This document shows, piece by piece, positions 22,401 through 30,838 of a stretch of 38,155 nt of DNA. The stretch is from contig NC_068983.1 of the NCBI RefSeq assembly GCF_001194135.2, forward strand, positions 99,331,398-99,369,552. The letters run 5' to 3'. Position numbers and translations under genes: made by a program. Below the pieces are notes generated by a model. It saw only the letters and a list, made by a program, of their open reading frames with translations. It searched no databases and was not told where the DNA came from. This DNA comes from Octopus bimaculoides. Taxonomy: Eukaryota. Within the stretch, counting starts at the first letter, position 1; each line of letters begins with the position of its first letter.

Positions 22401-25400
22401 ATTGATGTGACAATGTGCTGACAAATATTGCTTCTAATTGTTTGACTATTATACTTTATCTCCCATCCTCAGCATGTTTTGACAGTGGCAATTTCTCTTC
22501 CAAAAGGAATGTTTTGATTAAAATTGTCTCAGTGGTATATCTTACCAGTACGTTAAATGATAAAAATAAATGTTTTCATATTATTTAGGTCTTTTGCATA
22601 ATATTCCTTGTTTCATCATCACCTTTGGATATTTCATTCTTGAATTGATATTGAATATTTAAGAAAACTATTTGGTTTGAGTGATTTAGTAAACTTCTGT
22701 CTGAAAACATGATAAACATGGTAGTTATTTCAATTATTTCTAATGTCGCTATGTCTTCTTTCTCCTGCATCAACTGACTAAATCTAACCTTTATATACTG
22801 TTAGTATGTTATATGAAGAGATTGTCATACATTGGAACATCTATTATATTTTATTAAATAGGCATAAAATTCTGTTCAGTATCTTGCTTGTTATGGCTTG
22901 TTAATCTTGTGTGTTATAGAAAGACGGTGAACTGGCAGAATCATTAGCATGCCAGGCAAAATGCTTAGCAGCATTTTATCCATCCTTAAGTTCTGAGTTC
23001 AAATTTTACAGAGGTTGACTTTGCCTTTCATCCTTTTGTGGTCAATAAAATAAGTACCAGTTGTGCACTGAGGTTGATGCAATCGATTTTCCCCCTCCAC
23101 TGAAATTGCTGGCCTTGTGCCAAAATTTGAACCCAATATTGCATGTTATTATAGTAGAGAAGGATTATTAATTTAAGAATAAAATTACAACAGAAAATAA
23201 ACTTGTTAAAATCTAAATTTCCTTAAAGATTAATATATATTTTTTTCATCTGAATTTCTTTTGTTGCTTTGCAGATGTGTAACTAACAAAACTATTTTTT
23301 TCCAGTCAAATAAACTGAATAGTCTTCTTTTCTTATGTTTTTCCTCTGTATCAATAATATATTTCATCTGTTTTTATTGTCTTTACATATGTTAATTTTC
23401 TACTGAAAAGCACATCAGGTTTAATGATTGTTGACTAATTGAGATGACAGTAATGATATATTTTTGAACTTGCTTTTTTCCTGGGTTTTATTTAAAAGTA
23501 ATTTTCATGATCACAATTTACATATAAATCTTGGTCTTCAGTTTTATAAAAAAAATTATTTCCTCTGTTATTCAAAGTTTGCTGTTCAAATACTGATATT
23601 ATGCCTCATCATTTATCAATATTGATTTTTAACATTGCCACATATTTGAAAAGGAGAGTATAGTTTATTGAATTAATCACAATATACATCTTACTTATTT
23701 TCACCCATAGGGGGATAATAATTAAAACTAGTCCTTGTTGGATTGTATTTTTAACTTGGGAATAAATGAAATACTGTAAAATATTTTGTCTACTGCTTCA
23801 CAACTTCTACCAGTCAATTGGCTAAAAGACATAGTTTTCTTGTATAGTGATTCCATTCTAAATTCTTATCACTTCATATTTTACTAATTAGATTGGAAAA
23901 GCTGGAAAATAATTATTGATTTATTTGTTTATAATTTTATTTTTGACATTTTACATCACATTTCCCATACTTGATTGTTTCTACTCATTTAGAAATTTTC
24001 ATGATTTGTTAGAATACGTCTTTTACAACAGGCTTCTCATCTTAACCAATTCTTCAAATCTGATGACACAATGATGCACATTTCGTATAAGCTTAAATGG
24101 AGTTTTTAAAGTAGGAATATAATGCAATTCTTATGATATCTTGAACTCGTTGCATTTACATTCTATTCTGATATTTCCAAACTTATTGCTCACATCATCC
24201 TGTCACACTAAACTGAACCTATGTTAGCATTGCAATGTGTACTTCTGATTCTATGGTAAGATGTGTACCATGAACTGTGTGATAGTTTAATTTTCATCAC
24301 ATGATAGCTGGTGTTCTAATAATTGCAGTTATTACTGATAAACAGTTTGGAGGATATACTTGTTGCAATTCATTGTACACCACTACTAGTCGTGTATTCA
24401 TTATGTAGAAGCCATTGCTAATGGAGGTGTTAAGATAAACTGGATAGTAGAACAACTATGATAGAATCAAAATTATGAAGTTTGGTTTTGTTTTCTATCA
24501 ATTTTTGTCTTTTTAAACATTAACCCTTTAGTGTGCAGATTACTCTGTCAAATGTAATGCCCATTTATTCACATTATTTTGAATTTATCCTGCATTATAT
24601 TGTAGCCTTGAAGTTTCGATGATGTGATTGTTTATATTTAAAGGACATTTTAGGGTAGGTATGAGAGGCCAGATTTGGCCAGTTTGGATATAAAGCAAGT
24701 AGAATATTTTGGCTGGATATGGTCAGTTTAAATGCTAAATAGTTAATCAATTTTTACATTTGTCAGGTAAATTTATTGCTATATAGTCTTTGATAATTTG
24801 GTGTGATGTGCCATAATGAAATATTTTAATTATTTTCCAGTATTCAAATACCTAAAAATAGTATTTGACAAAAATGCCTCTGGTTTTGAGGCTTCACAGT
24901 TTTGCATTATGATACCACTTTTTGTGCTTGATAAGCTGAGTGCAAGAGTTCAATTCAATTAACTATGCATGCTACCAGACAAAATATGTTCTTGTATTTG
25001 GTCAAAAAGATATCTCCATCCTTGAAATTTTTCTGCTTTACTGTTGTATTTTTCTTGAAAGCTCACAGCCAGTAACCTAAGTCCTCAACTGTAACCCTTT
25101 TGCTAACTTAGTGCCCCTGTTAGTAATGGATTGATTTCTTCATTCTTCAGTGTCCTGGTTTATGACTATATTTTGTTTTTGCATCATCTTAAAGTTTCCT
25201 GCTGAAGGTCCTTGATTGCCACTTCTATACTCAAGTAATTCATTTTCATTATTCATGATGTCAATCTATGTTCCTCTATGCATCATATCTGATGTGAAAC
25301 TCTCACAAAATACTAATTTCTTCATCCTCTGTAACATACTCCAAGTTATAGCTACATCATATTCCCTCCACTACTTAATCTTCCAACCCAATTCAAGAAG

Positions 25401-28400
25401 GACCATTTATACTCATCTTAAACTAACTTTTTATACTTTGATATGATAAGGGTAATCATAACCATCGTCATTGTTGTTTCAATGTCCACTTTTCTATGCT
25501 TGCATGGGTTGGACAGAATTTATTGAGAAGGATCTGTATGGCCAGATGCCCTTCCTATTGCCTACCCTCACCTGTTTCTGAATAAGGTAATATTTCTCCA
25601 TGACCAGTTGTGCTTTCACAGAAGATTAGAAACGAAGGACACCACTTGCATTATGGTGACACTCATTTACAAACTGACACTTACATATATATATGACAGG
25701 CTTACAAGACTTTAGTTGAACTGGGGCTCTAGTAGAAGACACATGCCCTAGGTACCATTCATTGGGACTGAACCTGAAACCATGTAGTTTGCAAACACAC
25801 TTCTTGCCACATAACCACACCTGCACCTATGAGAGATATTTTCACTAACTTACCACATAGCCTTGAGTGAGGTTACAGTTGTTTTGCTTGTACAAAACTT
25901 GATGTAACACTCTGTAAATATGAAAATTTCAGTGTTTGGCTTGAGATTGCTTTCCTCTAACCATCACCATGTTGTAATCTTGTTTACTTTTTTACACATT
26001 TGAACTATTCTTTATGTACTAACTCAACTTCTTCACCTCTTCTTTGATCTAGTCTTCACAACTTATTACATTTTTTTCCCTCTCAGATGCCCTTGTAAGA
26101 AGATGCAAGCATTGCAGCTTTTGCAGGATATATACAGTGTATATTCAATGACTTCCTTCTTATTTTGTTCTATTTTTCTTGCTTAACACTACCTTATAGC
26201 CTTTGAGTGTCTTTAGCAGAGTCTACTCTTATAGCAAGCACTCCAGCAATGCCGCTTTTCTTCCCATACTTTCACCAGTCCTGGAGACTTTTTGCAAGTT
26301 CATTAATCCACTTCTGTATTTCAACAATGAAATGGTCAAAATATATTGATTGCTATTATTACTTCTATTATGTTTAGATTCTAAAATAAATCTATTTTCT
26401 GAAATATTTCTTTCATAAACTCAGGAAGTTAACGTTCATCTCTTTTTCCATCCATCTGTCTAACCAAAGTACAAATTATTGTAAGCGTTGTCCTTGATAA
26501 ATCAGATGCAGTTTCATTCTCAGATATATTTTGTCTTTATCCTTATCATCATCATTGTTATTACCATTGCCTCTTTCTCCACCTTTACTTTCTGTCTTGT
26601 GTTGTTTAATATCTTTGTTTCCCCACCAGTTGTTAATATCTTTTAATTTGTGTAATTTGCTATACCATAATACTGTCATTTGCATCTTATTTGCATACTA
26701 TAAGCAATTTGGTCAACAGCATCATGCATCATGAACTTTTCTACATACCAGAACTACAGCATTTATTTCACTCCTTGACATTATCCTTGCACTCCACATA
26801 TATTTTCTTTCTCTTACTCAGCATACACAGCTCTTGAGAGTCCTTCCAGTATCGCAAAGTAGTTTGCATTTCACTTTTGGGACAGACATTTACATCATCA
26901 TCATCATCATCATCATCCATCATTTTAAATCTGGGTTTTGTCCCTGTTGACGGGCATGGCCGGATCTACCTCAATGCCGTAGCAACTGCCCTCACACCAT
27001 CTCGCCAGGTTTTGGGCATCCTCCCTTCTCAAGCCAACCCTCCCAATCTCCTCCTCCACCTGTCCCCTCCACATTTTCTTCGGTCTACTTTGCTTTCGTT
27101 GTCCATTTACCTCAAACTCCAGCACCCTCTTAAGAATATGCTCCTCATCCCTCCTCAACATATGCCCATACCACTGCACTCCATTCGCCCTTGTCAGCTG
27201 ACATACTGATTCTTCCAACCCCAGCATCCCCATCAAGTCCTCAGTCCTCTTATCAAACAGTATCACGCTCACATTTCTATCACCATTGCTCTCTCAGTCC
27301 TTCTCAAAATTGCCATCTTTCTCTCCTTCAAACACCATATCTTGCTCCCATACAGCATTGCAGCTCTCACACAAATCCTATAGACCTTTCCTTTCGTCTT
27401 CACTGAGAACCTTTTCCCATATAACAATGCTTCACATTCCATGAACTTCACCCAACCAAGTCTCACTCTTGCTGTCAGCTGCTTCATATCCACCCTATCC
27501 AATAGAATGGTTTTATTTCTATATTTATCTTTTTATTTCTTCCACAATTTTTCATGTACTCTGGAGCACCAACTTCAGTTCTTTTTCCAAGTCTTGATCC
27601 CTAATTACTGGATATTCATTTACTTGTGAATGTTTTGCTGTGTGTTTAGATGGCTTTAAAAAAAAATTTTTTTTTTACTTTAGCCATTATATTCTCATTG
27701 TGAGGAAAGAAGTTATGTTTTCAGGTACAGTGGTTTGTAAGTGTTGAGTTGTTTTTTTTTTTTGTTTTTGTACTGGATCATTGAAAAGTTTCTATTGGAC
27801 ATTTCTAGTCTATTCTAGTGTGCAGCTTTAGCTTGTTGAATTTGTCAAACTATGTGTATTTAATTATTTCTCTTTGAATTTATTTTTGCTTATGATACAA
27901 TGTTGTTATTGTTATTTTAAGAGGGTTGGAAATGTTTGCTAGTTTTGATAAACTTTGGTTGTTTTCTGCTGTTAATGATGGTCTTTTGGCTTTTTACATT
28001 TGTACTACCCGGAGAAAATCAATAATATTTGTAGTCACTAAGGTGAATATTGTTTTGAATATTGGTATCACAATATTTTGTTATGACTACTCCTGATTAA
28101 CTGTGAAGGTTATCATAATCTACATGATATAGTTCTCACCCATTATCATCATCGCTATTGCTATACTTTTCAACAAACTTTTTTTCCATGATATTTATCT
28201 TCTCTCTTCTTTGTAAATCTAAGTAATTCATAATTTTTTTTAAGGAAATCTTTGTTATCATAGACTTCTCCACCCAAGTCAGTATACTTTTTCATTCTTC
28301 TCCTTTGACTTATGATGCAGTAAACTTACTTCATTCATGACCTGGTCAGAATCTTTTATGAAACAAGTCATATGTAATATCAAGACATTATATCATAAAT

Positions 28401-28727
28401 ATATCTTGATAAGGCATAAAAGTTTATAGTTAAAGGGAAGAGAGATAATAGTTTATGATATTTATTTTGTTCAATTATTGATCTAATCATTTAAAATTTT
28501 TGTGCTTTAAATATTTAAACAAATCCTTCTTTTATTAATGTGACTGTACTTTTTTTTCTAGCATATCCACACAAAGGAATCTATAAATAATCTGCATGTT
28601 AATGCCATTTTTTGTTGATTTTCACTTTGGATTTCTCTGAAGATACCTATTTTTTATTCTTCATTCTCGAGGTTGAAAACATTTGAAATTCAAATTTCAA
28701 ATAAGGAACATCACATTAAAATTGCTA

Positions 28728-28766
<39 letters not shown>

Positions 28767-29830
28767 ATTCATTGAAGGTACTTTTCTGAACTGTAAAAAC
28801 AGCTGTTACTGTTTTTTTTTTTTTGATGTTTAATTATTTATTACTTGACTCAGTCTTTCCTTCTTTCCAATACTATTTTATTTCAAATTCCCTGTTGATC
28901 AATCAATCAACCAGTCAATACTTGCAGTTGTTCAATTTCCAGTGCAGTAAGTTTAGTTGTCATGGAAATCACTTTATAGAAGAAACTTTGCTTAAAATTA
29001 ATTTTATGGAGTTTTTTCTATTTCATTATTATTTACCCAGAATTAATGTTTTATTTTTTCATCTCCATTTTTATTAGACATACAATTTCACTTGACAGCC
29101 ATGGCCTCAGTCGCAACCAACAACATCACCTTACAACAACCAACAACACTCTCCTCTGATGCCAGTACTCACCACCAAATAAGTGATCTCCCTTCTCCTT
29201 CATCTTGCCACAAGCGTTCATTAAGTGGGCAAATACCACCGCTGCACAAAAAATCTGCTCCTGCCCAATCAAGCACTTCTACTGCAGGAACATCAATGTC
29301 ACTGACAACATCTGTGATTCCTTTGTCTGAGCTAAGTACACAATCTGCTCATACAAGCACTTTAAATCTTCATCGGCCTTCAGCAGATACTATCGGTACC
29401 CAGAGCAGTGGTAGTTCAACACTAACCGGCAGTTCCCTACCAGACAAACTCAACATGGTTGACGATGATACTGGTTTTAGCAATGGGCCCTATCAAGGTG
29501 AAGGATTAATTTCGAACCCTTTGGAATGTAGTAGCACTGCTAAAGCCACTAACACTTCTCTTGACTTTGAGCCTGGGAATGCTATAAAGACATCACGCTC
29601 CAGGTCGGTTCCTCCTGCTCTAGTTTCCAAAAGTTTTCATTCAGATGTATACAATACAGCTTTTGCCCTCCACTCTTTGGGTGATGGAAATTGCTCTGGC
29701 TATATGACAAAAGTTAGAGCTATGTGGGATGACCAGTTTTTGACAAAGCAGCCTTCGGCCTCCACAGAGAGTAACCACTTAGCAGGTCTTAGCAGTGGGG
29801 GCACAGAACGGAATGGTTCCACCCCAGCAG
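1780..29830 (+). CDS. ARHGAP17/ARHGAP44: Partial multi-exon gene: BAR-domain Rho GTPase-activating protein of the ARHGAP17/ARHGAP44/SH3BP1 (RICH/Nadrin) family. Join 1780-1848, 4001-4082, 8710-8837, 10888-10935, 12855-12918, 13036-13120, 15047-15121, 16735-16851, 20264-20343, 29078-29830. Incomplete at the 5' end and probably the 3' end.
   Basis: All introns are GT-AG with matching phases (0,1,0,0,1,2,2,2,1). Spliced translation: DALAIEMLNFIAKENDHCEKLVALMMAQANYHKNALETIDRVIPKMKQMIDTNPVKPVYGTCLSDHLRVTGRNIALVIEGCVCTLVDTGLEEEGLFRIAGMASKVKKLKASFDAGIVDMEEYEHDLHTVAGAMKQYLRELPEPLLTFDLYAEFVQSVHLPQDQRLAALTATVNKLPKENYDNFRYLVKFLAKLAKCSNTNKMTASNIAIVIGPNLLWSSDESLPTVLSTGNFSVIIETIINNADYIFPGDIQFHLTA... This is colinear with vertebrate ARHGAP17 as I recall it (DQLAADMYNF..AQADYHRKAL..KPAFG..EEGLFRI..YLRELPEPL..NKMTPSNIAIVLGPNLLW..IIQHADWFFP). 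An invertebrate gene would likely be co-orthologous to the vertebrate paralogues. Confidence 0.93.
1871..2017. mobile_element. piggyBac-like MITE (TTAA-flanked family), internally deleted, opposite orientation to the other copies
   Basis: TTAACCTTTTAGCATT...AATGCTAAAAAGTTAA; interior matches the reverse complement of copies at 17941, 19978, 24520 and 37052. Confidence 0.75.
4001..4082 (+). CDS. ARHGAP17/ARHGAP44: RhoGAP gene exon, end of BAR domain (LMMAQANYHKNALETIDRVIPKMKQMI)
   Basis: cattgcAG acceptor, GTATGT donor at 4083, 82 nt, phase 0/1, BAR motif AQxxYHxxAL. Confidence 0.92.
4109..4335 (+). mobile_element. tRNA-derived SINE family A (A-box TGGCAGAA, B-box GAGTTCAAAT, central Meta-like domain GACTTTGCCTTTCATCC...ATAAGTACCAG, (ATT)n tail)
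   Basis: about 12 similar plus-strand copies in the window; assignment of the central domain to the MetaSINE superfamily is from recall, not a search. Confidence 0.8.
4336..5235 (-). mobile_element. 5'-truncated non-LTR retrotransposon with CCHC knuckle and restriction-like endonuclease (R4/Dong or HERO/NeSL-like)
   Basis: minus-strand frames give KRSDLKRETEALTCAAQEP..KCRM/CGERSKTVRYIISKCPKLAQHEYKGRHDNV..IHWELC..WYEKTP..ENENCKILWD..QKPNIVVVNK../CMIINIACPGD..KEEEKINNYDNLRWEI..IPIVIGA..LQRSALLGTARILCRVLEA, stop at 4449-4451, short 3' UTR and (CAT)/(TAA) tail. Confidence 0.88.
5340..5600 (+). mobile_element. GC-richer repeat fragment resembling the 5' UTR of an RTE-type LINE
   Basis: contains CTAGGAGAAGGACCACTCTGAGTTCAAAACC, similar to a motif I recall from RTE 5' UTRs; not verified. 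Confidence 0.35.
5639..5996 (-). mobile_element. (AAT)n-tailed retroposon fragment (SINE or LINE 3' end), family unassigned
   Basis: discrete GC-richer block ending on the minus strand in AATAATAATAATAATAAC; only one copy seen in the window. Confidence 0.5.
5997..6405 (-). mobile_element. tRNA-derived SINE family B (CORE-like GGCACCTTGGGCAAGTGTCTTC segment, internal microsatellite, GACTGAAACAAGTAAAAG end)
   Basis: similar to copies at 19165-19500 (-), 35668-36035 (+), 9775-9958 (-), 13805-13985 (-). Confidence 0.8.
6812..8135 (-). mobile_element. Decayed RTE-clade LINE, reverse transcriptase and C-terminal region, (GAT)n tail near 6812
   Basis: minus-strand remnants KPLYLAFIDLEKALDRV (about 7960-8012), DLVLIA (remnant of the YADD region), LKINTAK and ITARLRKGWKKF; many stops and frameshifts. 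Confidence 0.8.
8141..8512 (+). mobile_element. Two adjacent SINE family A copies (first 5'-truncated)
   Basis: two CTTTCATCCTTT..GTACCAG..GGGTCAAT blocks, each with an (ATT)n tail. Confidence 0.75.
8710..8837 (+). CDS. ARHGAP17/ARHGAP44: RhoGAP gene exon, start of RhoGAP domain (D-TNPVKPVYGTCLSDHLRVTGRNIALVIEGCVCTLVDTGLEEE)
   Basis: ttttctccacAG acceptor, GTAGGA donor at 8838, 128 nt, phase 1/0; lies within ORF 8682-8966. Confidence 0.93.
8893..9175 (-). mobile_element. SINE family B' 3' half (microsatellite plus CATGCAAGCATGGAAAAGTGGACATTAAAATGATG tail)
   Basis: matches 3' halves of copies at 11865-12282, 25455-25830 and 35052-35480. Confidence 0.75.
9176..9750. mobile_element. Long inverted-repeat element (foldback, or two inverted MITE copies)
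   Basis: 9176-9360 is roughly 85% identical by eye to the reverse complement of 9546-9730. Confidence 0.75.
9775..9958 (-). mobile_element. SINE family B 5' portion
   Basis: CCAAATCCACTCACAAAG..GGTCAGCC..TTGCTCAAGGTACC..CTGAACCC matches other copies. Confidence 0.75.
10575..10790 (+). mobile_element. Decayed SINE family F (CTCTGTAAAGTGGTTGG..AGGAAGGGCATC..CCAGCATGGAAA..(GAT)n)
   Basis: similarity to 14215-14420 and 14665-14890. Confidence 0.5.
10888..10935 (+). CDS. ARHGAP17/ARHGAP44: RhoGAP gene exon carrying the catalytic arginine finger (GLFRIAGMASKVKKLK; Arg codon AGA at 10897-10899)
   Basis: gtttgtttcAG acceptor, GTAAAC donor at 10936, 48 nt, phase 0/0, canonical E-G-L-F-R motif across the junction. 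Confidence 0.95.
11260..11604. mobile_element. Foldback/MITE-like element with 67-bp terminal inverted repeats enclosing the HSE-like array
   Basis: 11260-11326 vs reverse complement of 11538-11604 matches at 53/67 positions (first 17 identical, TTATTTCCTATTTGCTT); no clear TSD. Confidence 0.75.
11379..11457. promoter_or_regulatory. Array of alternating nGAAn/nTTCn pentamers matching heat shock element (HSF1) consensus
   Basis: aGAAt gTTCt aGAAa, then a 1-nt register shift and 13 in-phase pentamers 11393-11457 (aTTCt tGAAa cTTTt aGAAa cTTCt tGAAa gTTCt tGAAa cGTCt aGAAa gTTCt aGAAa cTTCt), 11 of 13 with a perfect core. The motif match is certain; function is untested. Confidence 0.6.
11865..12282 (+). 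mobile_element. SINE family B', near full length
   Basis: tRNA-like head, GCCTTGTGAGTGGATTTGG core, (TG)n, CATGCAAGCATGGAAAAG tail. Confidence 0.8.
12855..12918 (+). CDS. ARHGAP17/ARHGAP44: RhoGAP gene exon (ASFDAGIVDMEEYEHDLHTVA)
   Basis: ttctttctttttAG acceptor, GTAAGT donor at 12919, 64 nt, phase 0/1, DxHxVA motif. Confidence 0.92.
13036..13120 (+). CDS. ARHGAP17/ARHGAP44: RhoGAP gene exon (G-AMKQYLRELPEPLLTFDLYAEFVQSVH)
   Basis: follows a 117-nt intron; ttacttAG acceptor, GTAAGT donor at 13121, 85 nt, phase 1/2, KxYLRELPEPL motif. Confidence 0.95.
13286..13446. repeat. Inverted fusion of two SINE-F 3' ends, followed by (GAT)n and (AT)n
   Basis: perfect 34-bp inverted repeat 13302-13335/13345-13378, 9-nt spacer, (CAT)n left and (GAT)n right. 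Confidence 0.9.
13447..13690. other. Assembly gap (244 N)
   Basis: run of N. Confidence 1.
13805..13985 (-). mobile_element. SINE family B 5' portion with recognisable tRNA-like head
   Basis: reverse complement reads GGTGTGGTTGTGAGATAAGAAGCTTGCTTCCCAACCACATGGTTCCGGGTTCAGTCCC. Confidence 0.8.
14050..14420 (+). mobile_element. SINE family F, decayed, with (GAT)n tail
   Basis: CTCTGTAAAGTAGTTGGTGTGAGGAAGAGCATCCAGCTG..CATGCCAGCATGGAG..ATGATGATG. Confidence 0.6.
14665..14890 (-). mobile_element. SINE family F, decayed
   Basis: (CAT)n followed by TCCATTTTCCATGCTGGTATGGGTTG, then GGCATGGTTTCTA. Confidence 0.6.
15047..15121 (+). CDS. ARHGAP17/ARHGAP44: RhoGAP gene exon (L-PQDQRLAALTATVNKLPKENYDNF)
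   Basis: cttatttcAG acceptor, GTGTGT donor at 15122, 75 nt, phase 2/2, KLPxxNxxNF motif. Confidence 0.92.
15580..15922 (+). mobile_element. SINE family A with a 129-bp internal tandem duplication
   Basis: TGAGTT at 15651 and 15780; both units share GACTTACTCCCTGCCT. Confidence 0.8.
16215..16517. mobile_element. hAT-like MITE (303 bp)
   Basis: ends CAGTGATTTGCAAC...GATTGAGAACCCCTG; 8-bp TSD CTCTACAT (16207-16214) / TTCTACAT (16518-16525), 7/8 identical. Confidence 0.8.
16735..16851 (+). CDS. ARHGAP17/ARHGAP44: RhoGAP gene exon (R-YLVKFLAKLAKCSNTNKMTASNIAIVIGPNLLWSSDES)
   Basis: tcttatacttgcAG acceptor, GTAAGT donor at 16852, 117 nt, phase 2/2, NKMxxxNIAIVxGPNLLW motif. Confidence 0.95.
16941..17120 (+). 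mobile_element. SINE family A, 3'-truncated
   Basis: standard head and Meta-like core; ends abruptly at CTAGCCCCACTTCC. Confidence 0.8.
17125..17154. repeat. Short interstitial telomere-like tract (CCCTAA-type, 5 degenerate units)
   Basis: CCCTAA CTTCAA CCCTAA CCCTAA CCCTAT. Confidence 0.6.
17155..17292 (-). mobile_element. Young 5'-truncated SINE family F with (GAT)n tail
   Basis: CpG-intact; its 3' end matches the reverse complement of the right arm at 13336-13380 base for base. Confidence 0.85.
17941..18251. mobile_element. piggyBac-like MITE (TTAA-CCCTTTAGCATT...GCTAAAGGG-TTAA) carrying a 90-bp nested insertion
   Basis: TTAA at both ends, CCC/GGG termini; nested block 18042-18131. Confidence 0.8.
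19165..19500 (-). mobile_element. SINE family B
   Basis: CATGCTGAGGCACCACCTTGAAGG..CCAAATCCACTCACAAGGCTTTGG..ACTTGCCCAAG..CTGAACC. Confidence 0.8.
19838..19951. mobile_element. hAT-like MITE (114 bp)
   Basis: ends CAGCCATGGGCAAC...GGGCCATGCCTG; 8-bp TSD ATTTAAAC (19830-19837) / ATTTAAAG (19952-19959). Confidence 0.8.
19978..20165. mobile_element. piggyBac-like MITE, small internal deletion
   Basis: TTAATCCTTTAGCATTCAGATTACTCTGTC...AATGCTAAAGGGTTA. Confidence 0.8.
20264..20343 (+). CDS. ARHGAP17/ARHGAP44: RhoGAP gene exon, end of RhoGAP domain (L-PTVLSTGNFSVIIETIINNADYIFPG)
   Basis: tttttcattcAG acceptor, GTAAGA donor at 20344, 80 nt, phase 2/1, IExIIxxAxxxFP motif. Confidence 0.92.
21739..21809 (+). 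CDS. Candidate alternative terminal exon (G-SSSLREPTYKDETEKSSSESLK-stop)
   Basis: tgttctctttAG acceptor in the phase required by the 20343 donor, 23 codons of polar protein-like sequence, tandem stops TAATGA; no transcript evidence. Confidence 0.45.
22921..23140 (+). mobile_element. SINE family A, full length
   Basis: head, B-box, Meta-like core, GGCCTTGTGCC end. Confidence 0.82.
24520..24746. mobile_element. piggyBac-like MITE, near full length (227 bp including TTAA ends)
   Basis: TTAACCCTTTAG...AATGCTAAATAGTTAA. Confidence 0.8.
25455..25830 (-). mobile_element. SINE family B'
   Basis: TCCACTTTTCTATGCTTGCATGGGTTGG tail end, AGAAGACACATGCCC core, GACTGAACC B-box end. Confidence 0.78.
26800..26880 (-). 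mobile_element. Possible decayed GIY-YIG (Penelope-like) endonuclease relic
   Basis: minus strand NYF/DTGRTLKS (about 26833-26866) resembles YIGETGRTLK; single short motif needing a frameshift. Confidence 0.25.
26893..27505 (-). mobile_element. 5'-truncated RTE-clade LINE 3' end, (GAT)n tail
   Basis: ORFs 27269-27502 (TARVRLGWVKF..KGKVYRICVRAAMLYGSKIW..ILRRTERAM) and 26925-27272 (VQWYGHMLRR..LEFEVNGQRKQSRPKKMW) are typical RTE post-RT motifs. Confidence 0.9.
29078..29830 (+). CDS. ARHGAP17/ARHGAP44: RhoGAP gene large exon encoding a Ser/Thr/Pro-rich disordered region (D-IQFHLTAMASVATNN...GSTPA)
   Basis: ccatttttattAG acceptor is in phase 1 and in frame with ORF 29092-29889; higher GC than flanks; probable donor CAG/GTCAGA at 29831 (end less certain than start). 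Confidence 0.82.
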
Positions 29831-30838
29831 GTCAGAATTTTAAATTCCTTCTTAGAATTTATCATAGTAGTCACTTTTTTTTTTATTAAGTGCTACTTTA
29901 TCAATTGTGTCTTGATAATATTGGTACACTACAGTGGAAATTAGCTAACTCTGTGGAACTGTCAACTAGGAGCTTTTTATTTTATTAATTTTTCCATTTC
30001 TTGTGTAACGGGAATTAAAATTGGCTTGCAGGAAAGAATAATTTTTTGATACAAATATGAAAAATGAAAAAAGGAAAACTTAAATTTTCTGCCTGCCACC
30101 CCCAGCTTGCTTCCAAGTGGAACAAATAGCCATTGCTTTTGCTGTATTATTGTAACAATTTTAGTGTCAATTATCTGCATTACTTCTGCACATATTTTCT
30201 TCTGCATGTTTCCTTCTCCTGTCTTTCACTGAAAATTATCTCTCCTTTATCTAATAGCATGTTTTCATTTTAACCCTATATTTTCTATACAATTTGTATT
30301 TGCTAAATTGTATTTATTTGATGTCTCAGTTGCTCTTAATTTTGCATCTTCCTGACAGAAAAATCTAAAAAAAAATTTTCTTTCAATTTACAATTGAGTT
30401 TTTACTGATTTTCTTTAAATCAAAACTATTTTTTACCATATGTTGCTAAAATTAATTCCCTTCAGATTCCACGGAAACATTCTGGGATGGGGCATGTCAT
30501 CACACTCTACCTTCATTCTACAGATTTCGTTATTTACTCAATAATATCTTTACCTCACTCACAGATAGTAAGAACAATCTAGTATTATCAAACCATCTGC
30601 ATCTATCATACTAACGTTATTGATCTTGTACATGTTCTTAGAAATTATTGTAGTAAATCTATTGATTTTCCCCTCATTTTCATAAACATACTCTAAAAAC
30701 TCCTTGCTCTATCTAAATTGTACTTACAATTCACATTCATAATTGCTATTGTTGTCATTATTATTATTTTGTTATTACAACCATTTTTTAAAAATTAATT
30801 TTCATCATTATCTTCACTATTATTTCAGTGAGTCTTAT

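Noticed and set aside
26087-26155. Strong pyrimidine tract and AG at 26085-26086 (phase 1: DALVRRCKHCSFCRIYTVYIQ-stop, or an 8-nt microexon)
   Set aside because: No homology support, and the 8-nt version would shift the frame; cannot be distinguished from a decoy site.
29092-29889. 265-aa stand-alone ORF
   Set aside because: It is an internal exon entered in frame at 29078. The tail GQNFKFLLRIYHSSHFFFY after the 29831 donor looks like intron read-through.
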